This document shows positions 52,863-64,000 of a stretch of 64,000 nt of DNA, piece by piece. Below the pieces are notes generated by a model. That model made no database searches. It had not been told where the DNA came from and saw nothing but the letters and a program-made list of their open reading frames with translations. The position numbers and the translations under genes are program-made. Origin of the DNA: Octopus sinensis (taxonomy: Eukaryota). Positions within the stretch are counted from its first letter, which is position 1, and every line of letters starts with the position of its first letter. The stretch covers positions 7,068,001-7,132,000 of the forward strand of contig NC_043007.1 of NCBI RefSeq assembly GCF_006345805.1, in the 5' to 3' direction.

Positions 52863-52908
52863 GACACCTGATGAAGGCTGGAGGGTATATCAGCCGAAAC
52901 GTTGTCTT
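52863..52908 (+). ncRNA. Minimal type-I hammerhead ribozyme motif
   Basis: gacac-CTGATGA-a-ggctg-gagggtatat-cagcc-GAAAC-GTT-gtctt; palindromic AACGTT; stem I 4/5 paired. Confidence 0.75.
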
Positions 52909-53094
52909 AACAACAAACAAGATGAAGACAAATATCTGTCAAATGTAAATAACGTAAATAATATTTATATATGTATTGTTGTTGACAATCGCCGGATTTG
53001 TTAGTCTTTCTGCTGACACACAGACGCTTTTACTGCTTTCCATTCTTGATTTTACAAAGCAATATAAAGCGTTTTGTTGTTCTTTTCTCTTTTT

Positions 53095-53281
53095 ATTCTT
53101 TTACTGGTTTCAGTCATTTGACAGCGGCCATACTGGAGCACCACCTTTAGTCGAACGAATCGACAGTAAGACATTCTTTGCAAACCTAGTACTTATTCTA
53201 TCGGTCTCATTTGCTGAACCACTAAGTTACGGGAACGTAAACCGATCAACATCGGTTGTCAAACACATACAAATATGTATG

Positions 53282-53346
<65 letters not shown>

Positions 53347-53870
53347 CGAGCTTCTTTCAGTTTCCGTCTACTGAATCCACTCACAAGGCTTTGGCGAGCT
53401 CGAAACTATTGTAGAAGATACTTGCCCAAGGTGCCACGCAGTGGGACTGAACCCGGAACCACGTTATTGGGAAGTACACTACCGTCAGAAATTAATTAGC
53501 ACCCTCAAGGTATGTGCTGTCACCTAGTGGCCATATCTCGAACTATTGCTTTGTTGCGAGTTCACTGTTGCGCAGAACGATGACGTAACTTTGTTTGCAG
53601 GGCAGTTTGAGAGTCTACAGCCTTATGATGTTGACATAGCAGTACAACAACAACTTGGAGTGCGGATGCAGACAAATCTTCCTTTGTTTAATAGATATAG
53701 GTAGCGCCTCGCAAGGACCGAAATCACACCATACTAAGTTTTCTCATCGCGTAAGACGTTTTGAACAGCTCATAGGTTAATTGATTTAACCTATTTAATG
53801 TAGAAATTTGAGAAGTGCTAATTAATTTCTGACGCAAGTGTAAGCTTCTTATCACACAGCCACGCCTGTT
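53095..53870 (-). mobile_element. SINE family 3, interrupted by a MITE
   Basis: Tail 53095-53260, central (TA)n, and head 53345-53476 continuing at 53841-53870. Confidence 0.85.
53477..53840. mobile_element. Tc1-like MITE (364 bp)
   Basis: 26-bp TIRs cactaccgtcagaaattaattagcac / gtgctaattaatttctgacgcaagtg with TA duplication. Confidence 0.9.
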
Positions 53871-54807
53871 TTTCTTAAATAGGTTGTCTCGTTGCATGCC
53901 TTAAAGAATATTGGTTCTAGGAATCCCTTTTTGCTTCTGTTGAGAAATATCTGCAACACCATGGAAAAGTTTTGACATTAAATTCAAATATTGCGCAAAA
54001 CTATTTTTTATGGAAAAAGTTTAAAACTTAAAGTTACTGGAACAAAGTTACCTTCTCCAGTTGCATGGAGAACAGCAGAAACATTTGGTAAAATGTCACC
54101 AGCCTCGCTATTTCAATAATGAGATATTTGATCGTGTACATAAATATACATATACACCCTTGCGCACAAGCACACACAGATACCTACACATGCGCACACA
54201 GTCACGCACATACACATACATACACACATACACACAAACACGCGTATATATATATATATATATATATATTCAAGGAGAATTTTGTCAGTGACTTTGAAGT
54301 TTTGGCTAGCTCACCTCCGGGAAAGAGTATGATGGATGCTGAAACTTCGAAGTCGCTGTCGAACTTTTCCTCATAAAACTTCATAAGTACGCCCTCTAAA
54401 AGTGTAGTGAGTAGTCGTGTTTTGAATACGCAATTCTTTTTATGTTTAGACTAACAAAATAAAACAAACATCTATACTCACACACATACACACGCACACA
54501 CACTGACACTTACAGACACACATACATAAATTATGCATAAAAATATTCTTCGCAGACAAGCTAGGGAAACATATCTGCATGAATATAATTGTGTGAGCGT
54601 GCGTGTTTTATGCGTATATATGTGCACGTGTGCGCGTGATGTCATTGGTGCAGGACTCGAAACAGCATAGTTTCAAGGAATACTCAATATATGAGTAGGG
54701 TGAAGTGAATATATTCCTTATCAATCAGAAATAGGGAGGGATTCATTCCATTTCAATCAGCCTAAGAAGTTATTCTCCCTAACTCGCTCGATAGGATGAA
54801 AATTAAT

Positions 54808-55430
54808 AGTGGGTGAGTGGTAAGTAGCTTGCTTACCAACCACATGGTTCCTGGTTCAGTCCCACTGCGTGGCACCTTGAGTGAATGTCTTCTACTATAT
54901 CCTCGGATCATGAAAAGCCTTGTGAGTGGATTTGGTAGACGGAAACTGAAAGAAGTCCGTCGTATATATATCATTATTGAAATAGCGATATCGATGACAT
55001 TTTACCAAATGTTTGTTGTCTACACCACCTCTCTTCATCTTTTGTTTCTTTTTGTGAATTCTACAGACACACACACACACACACATACATATATATATAT
55101 ATGGGGAGAATTCACAAATGAAACAAAAGACGGAGACAGGTGGTGTAGAGAACAAAAGATGTATTAGTATGATGCTCGAGAAGTTAAAAAGTCTTTAACG
55201 TTTCGGGTCTACGCTCTTCCACATGTGTGCATGTGTGTGTTTATGCGGCTGTGTCTGTCCCTCCCAACATATCGCTTGACAACCGATGCTGGTGTGTTAA
55301 CGTCCTCGTAACTTAGAGGTTCGGCAAAAGATGCCTATGGAATAAGTATTACGCTGGGGCCGATTTGATCGACTAAAGGTGGTGCTCCAGCATCGCCGCA
55401 GTCAAATGGCTGAAGCAAGTAAAAAAAGAA
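54808..55430 (+). mobile_element. SINE family 3 with PLE-like pieces inserted in its central microsatellite
   Basis: Head 54808-54965; tail 55225-55430. Confidence 0.8.
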
Positions 55431-55481
55431 AAAGGAAGTATATATATATACATACATTACACATTATCAAGGTATATATAT

Positions 55482-55525
<44 letters not shown>

Positions 55526-55593
55526 AAATAGACATGTGTAAAAATTTTAAGGATTCCAAACTTTTCCTAATGTAATCCTTATAGTCCATTCTA

Positions 55594-55699
55594 CACCCTG
55601 ATGAGTTTCCATCCAAGGTATTTAAAATGCAAAATTATAAATTCATTTATGTGTTTCGTAATTTTAATTTTTTTTTGTGAAGTGAAACAATTGTTGGTG
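55594..55699 (+). ncRNA. Type-I hammerhead motif with ~70-nt loop II
   Basis: cacc-CTGATGA-gtttc...gaagt-GAAAC-aatt-GTT-ggtg; palindrome AACAATTGTT. Confidence 0.65.
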
Positions 55700-55874
55700 A
55701 ATATGTTGACTAATTAATAAATCAATTTCTATCGATTAGATCTCTAACACGATAATAATGATTGCTATTTTACGATATTTTATATATTATATTCATTAAA
55801 GAAATATCTATTCAATATATATATTATACTAGTGTATCTTGGATTTAATAAGAGGTACAACTATCCTCATTGAG

Positions 55875-55928
55875 ACACACACACACACGCACACACACAC
55901 ACGCACACACACACACACACACACACGC

Positions 55929-55971
<43 letters not shown>

Positions 55972-55987
55972 TATATATGTATATACA

Positions 55988-56044
<57 letters not shown>

Positions 56045-56122
56045 GTATATACATATATGTATATATATATATATGTATATATATGTATATTATATATGTG
56101 TATATATATATATATATGTATA

Positions 56123-56163
<41 letters not shown>

Positions 56164-56300
56164 CTATATGTATATATATATATATACACATATATATACA
56201 TATATATATATATATACACAGTCATATATGTGTATGTATAAATGCACGTACGCATGTATGTGTGATATGTATGCCCCTGTATTTGTATGCATGTGTACGT
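55875..56300. repeat. (CA)n/(TA)n/(TATG)n compound microsatellite
   Basis: Direct inspection. Confidence 0.95.
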
Positions 56301-56674
56301 ATAAGTCCATAAGTTATTTGTGTCTCATTGTAAAAATGACTGATTTTTCATTTCTCTTTCATCCTTTCATAGAAAGAACTTTGACAAGAAATATTCCGAC
56401 ATGAAATATGAAACAAATCCAAGAGAAGACAAAATCAAAGAGCCCCGTTATGAAAGGTGTTCAGACACCAGAAATATATCGCCAACAAATGTTTTTCCAG
56501 GTCTGTAAAGGCCATACAGACTCCGGTTATGACAACATACCCCATCCATTCACCTTTAAATAAATAACCATCATTAAAGAAGGTAAATAAATTCCTGTTA
56601 TTTCTTTTATTAACCCATATATAAGCAAATAACATATTTCATCATCAAAATTCCGGTGATTCTTGTATCTTAAT

Positions 56675-56885
56675 ATATTCTTTTCTACTCTAGGCACAAG
56701 GCCCAAAACGTTTGTGGAGGGGGGGCAGTCGATTAGATCGTATCTGGTACTTAAGTTATCGACACTGAAAGGATGAAAGGCAAAGTCGACCACGGCGGAA
56801 TTTGAGCGCAGAACGTAAAGTTAGACGTCAAACTGCTCAGCATTTCGCCCGGCGTTCTAACGTTTCTGCCAGATCGCTGCCTTTC
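56675..56885 (-). mobile_element. SINE family 1
   Basis: ctaggcacaaggcccaaa..gaaaggatgaaaggcaaagtcgaccacggcggaatttga. Confidence 0.8.
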
Positions 56886-59800
56886 GGATCTCAATATATT
56901 TATCTTAGCGTCGTTGGCGATAAGCAGTTTAAAAATCGAAGAACCCATTTTGCGACTTAGAGCTGCTGTAATCTTAATCAGCAGGAAAGCATCCCTCATT
57001 ACCCCTCAGTAAAAAAAAAATAAAAAAATAAACAATGACCCATGTTCAGGTTGATTTCAGAAATGAACTCACCTGACAGTTTTACTATTATTAGATACAA
57101 CTTTAGAGTTACACATGGTGAATTCTAAGGAATTCTTTCTTATTTTCACATATACCAAATAAGGATGTTTAGAATACTTTTCTCCATTTTCCTCTGAAGG
57201 TCTGCACCGTGTCTGTCGTAGTCTCTTATGCTTAAGTCAAACTTAGCTACATTTTAAAGAATTCCATTGATGTATTGTAAAGTGAGAATCACTTATTTGT
57301 GTCTACAACAACTCCTTGCCGACTGATTTTGTTTATTACTTTCCAGAGATAATTTAATAATGTGCTCCAATCGCGTGATTTCGTCTCTGTAACAGACGAA
57401 TACAAATAAACATTTAGCTCACATTGTTTGATTAATTGTATTTTGTTTTTTAGTCACCGATGTACCGTCTCTAAAAGTTACTGAAGCTAAAATTTATCAT
57501 TAATTTTTATTGGTCGACACTAAAAAGAAAAAAAAAACGAACTTAGATATTTTTTCTACATGATGCGATGTATTAATATTTGCCATATATTATACATAAA
57601 ATATATATTATATATCTCATATGTCATATACGAGGCAACGTTGAATATCGCTGAACCAATCACTCAAAAATCGATAGTACAATTAAGCTAGCTCATATAA
57701 TGGTTATTCGATGGCATCAGATCATCTCTCTGATTGAGTCACGCTTATGAGGAGAGCCTCTCCATCAATGCTTGCTCCATTTCGCTCACACGATAACATC
57801 TACCAGTCCGTCTATTAAGAGAGTAGAGTGTGAATCTAGAAAACTAGAGTTATTGTTTTAGCAAAGCTGCGCGTTCTGGTTTATCTTGAAACGGAATAAT
57901 ACACAGGAATAGGTAAATATCATTTCTTTACGGTTGACAATTATTAAAGGAAAACTACATTCAAACACTGATTCGGTATATAAACATCTCCCTTTGGGCC
58001 TACAACGTGTCGTGCATTTTTTCGCATTTTATTATTTCCTCATCTAACGGTAAAGCAACATGAACATTGGACGGAGGTGTGCATGCTGATAACGTTTCTA
58101 TATATTACAAAGATCTTTTATTTTGGGGGCAGCGGTCTTAGAAATCTTTACTGTTGACGATGGTTGCGGAATAGATTACGTTTTCAAATTTTGTATAGAT
58201 AAAACACATTATGAATAATAATTTCTTTCTTGCATATTATTCTTTAATGAAGTGTTTGACATTTCTGTAAATGGTAAATGCCCTTTTATACCTGAGCTAT
58301 TCCTTTGTAGATGTTTACATTTTTCTCTCTTATGTTGTTTTGATGAATATATTAAGCTAAAGAAGTTTCTTGTCAATGTTCATCCTGGAATTTACACATT
58401 CTAAAAATGGACATGGAATTCAAATAAATTGGTTTCATACAATGAATAACTCGTTCTACTTATTTCAAGTTTGTCCTGCAAATGGAAATATTAGTGGTAA
58501 TTTCAGAAAAAGGTGAATGAAATATACAATGACGAAACCGAGTGTTTGCCGTTGTTTCTAAACTAAACTCTCAACTGATGCAATTTGATTCCGATGAAAA
58601 TTAATAGAAGGAGGTAATTATAAATGTGAAGGGGGCTTTCAGCCCTTAAATTAGATTTTGAAATTCGTGATACTGCTTACATCTCTGTCGTCATTTTTCG
58701 GCTGTCGGTCGAGATTTGACTTTTAATGTGCAGAACCGAAACAGACTACACAGGTTAACTCACACAACACTTTGTTACTGCTTAAACGTGAATGTTCCAT
58801 TAGAACAGCATTTAATACGGTAGAAACCACGAGGGAAACTCTCATACAGGCTTTTAGTACGCACGTTTCTCTATTGTTAATGGGGAGAGAATACCCCGCG
58901 CCCCGAAATCCTGCACGAGATCACCAGATCACATGATTTCGACCTTCCCTGATCTCGTTGGTAATGGGTTCTCGACAGCTAGAGATAGGAGTGATTCACA
59001 TCCTCGCCAGCGATATATCAAAGCAATCAGTGCCAAAAGAGGCACTTGTGCCGCGATTAGCCGTTGTGCTTGTTAAAAACTATATATTTCCTACAGAGGC
59101 AGTATTAATGCTGGGATACAATATTTATTCTCACTTAGGCGGAGATATTTAAGTTAACTAATTAATCATTAAAGCAATCAGCTAGTCGTTTGTTTAATGT
59201 CTAATTGGACCAGTCAATCAGTGCGTTTCGTTCATTAAATTCTTTTCATCGTTAGTCCCAATTTCATCAGTGATATGCCCTCGTTATTAAAACACTGTTA
59301 GATGACTTTTAATAATAAATCCACTGTTTGGGGTTCTAGTTGTCAAAATGACCTTCCCAAGATACGACACACGCTTTCACGTCAACAATCTTATAAATCG
59401 AAGATGCTATACGACTCTCAGACTCATTCATTATATTTAATCAATTCTCAGTTCTAAGAATGCAATCTGAATTAGCTAACCTATTGTTATGTCGCACGTT
59501 CGGATGGCTTCTACTCAACTCTCACCGCTACTCTGCTACTAGTCTCTACTACTCTGGTCTAGTCTTCTCCCATTATATCTACGTATTGGGCTAGCCTACT
59601 TCATCGTCTGGTGGCGCCCACACAACACCTATACTATAAAATTATGTGTTACAAATGTCTGTTACAAAATTACTTGGTAATTGAAACTAACTGCTGTCGT
59701 TTCTGTAATGCGAAACAGTTTACGTTTTCTGCCAGACATCAAATATTTGTAAAAAAGAAGAAAAGAAAAAAAACTTAACAGCATTAGATTAATGGTGCAT

Positions 59801-60799
59801 ATTTTTATCGACCAACAAGGCCAATGGAATGCATATTCTGTCTCGATGAGATCTTATTTTAGAAACATGAGGCCGTACAAATAATGCCATAAGGAAATTT
59901 GAATACTGCGAATTGTTTTAAATGGTTGGTTGCTGAGCCGGGTTTTCAGAGGAGAACACCTTGGTACTTCCATTATAAAGCGAGATATCGCTGCTTCATT
60001 AAACGTCCGTTTAATCCAATAATCATGTGATACTCACTGATTTAAATATCACACGACAGCCAATATTCTATGCAGTCATACAGAAACGAAGATGAAAAAG
60101 GAAAAAAAAATTAATTTTTTTTTCTTCAAGTTTTGATTGCTTTTTTGAGTGTCGAATCAATTATAAATATTTTGTTTTCTCTTGACAAACTTGAGCAGTA
60201 ATTACAAATGCTGAAAGGATTCGTTTTGTCATCGTGGCTGTCGTTATCGTTGTCGCTATCTTCATCACCATTACTAATGTTGAAGATGACGGGGAGGAGG
60301 AAGAAGAGGAGGAGACGATCTCACTTAAATGAATCTGTCACTGAAATACACTTTGATTATAATAAGGTTTGTAATAAATGTTTTTCCTCCTTGAATTTAT
60401 GGATAGTGGTTTGCTGGAGAAAGACGGCATTATCGATCGGTTCGAATTTGCCCATGTGTAAATTCTATTGATGTTTTAAGGGTTCTTAATCTGAAATAGT
60501 TGGACATCTTCTAAAAATGTAAAAATCAATGAGAAAAAAATGAATCAAATGAAAATCATAATTAAGAAGTTAAAATAAAAATACTGAGACCACTTCGATA
60601 AAATAACTATATTAAAATGGCAGCAAAGGCAATACAGCAGCCATTAAATTAGGTTAATGAGGTGAAACAGTCCACGTAAAAAGATGTGTGATTAAAGGAA
60701 AAAAAACAGAAACCACTTCCTATTGATTGGTTTGAAGTAGTTTATTTATTGCATTTGATGCATTTATTTCGAGGAAAATTTTACATTTATTCATCGAAG

Positions 60800-61200
60800 A
60801 AATATTCAAAAGGTTGTCGACATATTTGACACTCACTTGGAATAATGGCTCTGGGTGTGCCTTCCTAGACCACACATTGATAAGCTGGATGAAACACAAA
60901 GACAAGCCACTCAGCGAATTGTCATAAAGGCACTGATCAGCTTCAGCTTTTGTCTCACACATGGACTGTGTCCTCTGTCTATTTTTTTCTATCTCTACTA
61001 CAATGGCCTCTGTACCTCGGAAGTGTCTGGTTCCGTGCTACGTCCACTTAATCACTCTTTCCGCTACTCTTTCTCCTCCTTCCATCATTCATGCTGTTTC
61101 TAACCCCCAATCTCCATACTAAGCAATATTTTTAGGACTTAACCCGATGTGAGGCCTCTGGAATCGACTCTTTTTTCGCCTCGTTCTTGCAGATGTAAAA
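60800..61200 (+). mobile_element. CR1/L2-like LINE 3' coding remnant
   Basis: HIDKLDETQRQATQRI and LSIFFYLYYNGLCTSE resemble post-RT motifs. Confidence 0.5.
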
Positions 61201-61809
61201 TGTCCGTCCCATCGTGCGTATCCTGTCAGGTCGACGATGGAAAGGATGGCTTCCATTTGCAAATACTGATAGAGCACAGAAAGTGTGTCAATAGCCAGCT
61301 GGAGAAGATGTTCTCCTGGGGCTACAAGCTACAGTAGCATCCAACCTTACTGGTTAGCCACATTTATATGGCAAATATACTTCACATAAAATGTAACAAT
61401 TTTAAGTATAATATTTAAAGGCACCAGCCTGATTTGGTCTCCTGGGATCTGGAAAGACCGTGGGTACTGAACATTCAACCTGGCCCAGAAAAGATTTTTA
61501 AAAATATTTTAGAACAATAGATATGGAGAATTTGATTTTTCGGTATAATGAGCTTTTAGAATGGTGCAATTTATGCAGTTGTCCATGGTGGTTAATGACA
61601 AGTAAACTAAAATATTCCTAACAGAACTTTAGATCTATTCATCCTATTTATTATTTTATAAACATCGAAATTGATATCACATAAAACCACAGACAATGAG
61701 TTTTAAATTTTCAACTTTATAATTATCGCCATAGTAAAGTTTATGATTATCTTCTGGGAATAAAAAAATATTGCTTTTCTTTCTAGATCAACATTTCTGT
61801 TTCTTACAG

Positions 61810-62195
61810 TAGGGGCAGTTGTGGTCGCTTGTCAACTACGTTGGTTAGGGTTCAGTCTCACAGCAGAGAATATAGGGTAAATATCTTCTGCTATAATTCC
61901 GGGCCAACCAATTCATTGTGGTGGGATTTCATTGACGGGAAGAGTGTGGGTGCTTGTAGTATATACAAATATGTGTGTGTGTGTGTGTTTCCTGAGTATG
62001 CTTCTTTGCTTTTTTTTCTTTCTTTTTTGGCAACCAGCGTTACTTGAATTACCTTCCTCTAATTATTAGCTTTGAAAAAAGTAGAATTGCTATAAGTACC
62101 AGACTTCAAAAACAGATACTGGGGTCATAATTCGACCAAATCATTCGAGGTGCTTCCTCAGTATGACAGCTTTCCACTGCCTGAAAAGAAAAAAG
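61810..62195 (+). mobile_element. Old SINE family 3-related copy
   Basis: ggttcagtctcac..tcttctgctata..gggccaacca; tail aagtacc..tactggggtc..ggtgct..cagtatg. Confidence 0.55.
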
Positions 62196-62258
62196 AATAT
62201 GGTTTTATTTTCATAATATGATGTAGAATTCTTTCAACATGTTACATTGACAGTTACA

Positions 62259-62298
<40 letters not shown>

Positions 62299-63859
62299 TA
62301 TATATATATAAAATATATTTGCTGCTCTCTGCGTTGTGTATTTAAGTAACTCATACGATTTTATTTACATATCTCCTTGCTTATCCACTTATTATTCCTC
62401 TGGCATCTATTATTTTGAACATTGTTTTAACCTTTGATCTCAATGATGGAGACAACACATGCGAAAGTATTCAAAACAACAAGTGCCATAGCGAAGCAAG
62501 ACATCGATCAGATGAAATTGCAACGGCTGGTGGGGGTGGGGCACTAAGCATTGGAATTGTTCTGAAATTTAGATTAAAATATGTAAAGAGTAAACCTCTG
62601 GAAAAAGTATTTAAGAATGTATTGAAATTGAAAGAACTCATGAATTGATCACTAAGTGTACGCTAAGAATATAGATTCTTAACTGCATAATATTCAAGAC
62701 AAACGGTGCTCTCATTAACAAAATTCACTTGCCGAAGAACAAATGCGAGGCAGCAGTGAAGCAGCAGTGGCTCACATAATTGTAAATATCAGTTACTGAA
62801 CCATGAACAGGGATTGAAAAATAGTCTGAAGGGCCTTAGCAAGGCATGTGTTCATTAGCAGAGGAATTTAAAAGGTATTTCCATTCCTAGAAGCTGTACA
62901 ACAGCATGAATACCGAACAAATACATCAGCTATATCAGAGAAAAAGGACAAACGATTCTTCCGGAAAAAGTGAAAGTGATGATTGAAATTAAACCCATTA
63001 CTGCTAGAAGAAGAATATTCTAATGTGGTTATCCCTCGTCACGATTGTATAACTACACACAAAGAGTAAATAAAACCAGTACTATACTCGTATGAAAACT
63101 ACTCTTTCATAGAGACTCCTTAATTGCTCTACTATCCTTTCTAGTTCTGACTCAAATAATTTGCTGAAGAAATCTAACACTGATTATAAATGCCAGACAA
63201 TCCATATGTCGAATCCTCTGTAGCATGAATAGCTGAAAACTATTTGCTAAACAAAATACGCAGCTGGTGACCAGACTAAAAGTGTTTATAAATAAACCAA
63301 GATATAAATATGAATATCAGACGAAACAAAAATGATTAAGTTACTCTAAAAAAGTTGCAGATAGCAAAGCTTAGAATATTAAATTAGATCCATACAAAGT
63401 TATCAGATAATTAAAGCAGAACTTACGTTAGAAATAATTAGAAGCAGTTAAGTCGGTGAGATACAGAACAGGGAGATGATGAAGAAAATTATAAAAAAAG
63501 AATCAGATATATTCAAAACTGAAGTCAATCTTGATATAAGATAATAGATATGAATAAATGAGTTTAGACAAGAAGATACAAGAAACTACTGAGAGTAGTT
63601 TTGATGCCCACCTACACCCGCCCAATACTCATATCGACAGAATATCGCTCTCCTGCACACGGAGAACGTCGACAAAAACAATTAGAAAACTGTAAGAAAA
63701 TAACTTGAGCGGAGCAAGAAAAACACTTGGAAGTATCAAGTGGAACTTACTCGGATGATATTAGCGAAATCTCTCTATCTTACGCTCTTTCTGTGTTTCT
63801 TTTTCTGCTTGTCTCACTTAGTTTCTCTCTCTTTTGTGTCTGACTCTATCTCTCTGTTT

Positions 63860-63984
<125 letters not shown>

Positions 63985-64000
63985 GATGGATGAATGAATA

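Larger units (their letters stand above)
52072..52963 (+). mobile_element. 5'-truncated Penelope/Poseidon-like element with inverted partial pseudo-LTR
   Basis: GIY-YIG fragment. 52091-52156 is an inverted, internally deleted copy of 52824-52963. Confidence 0.85.

Noticed and set aside
59296-59665. Possible solo LTR (TG...CA ends) and PBS-like tggcgccca
   Set aside because: No target-site duplication, no second LTR and no internal coding sequence.
62850-63330. Faint Penelope RT C-terminal similarity
   Set aside because: Too many disruptions to support without a search.

Overview
AT-rich, microsatellite-dense animal DNA. The SINE repertoire suggests a cephalopod such as Octopus (inference). 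No host protein-coding exon could be supported: nearly all listed ORFs are translations of (TA)n/(CA)n/(CT)n/(CAT)n repeats or transposon fragments. The window is a transposable-element graveyard with tRNA-derived SINEs of three families, CR1/L2-like and R4/Dong-like LINE remnants, a near full-length mariner with TIRs and TA duplication, other Tc1/mariner remnants, a MITE and a Helitron-like element. The main signal is at least seven sequence-unrelated families of Penelope-like element (PLE) derivatives, mostly inserted in or beside (TA)n tracts. They form inverted-repeat (fold-back) structures and carry minimal type-I hammerhead ribozyme (HHR) motifs with palindromic stem III. One family, linked to a Neptune-like GIY-YIG ORF, has a U3-A8 compensatory catalytic core in all three copies. 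Another places a tRNA-like Pol III cassette directly upstream of its HHR. All folds and translations were read by eye, and element boundaries are approximate unless termini are quoted.
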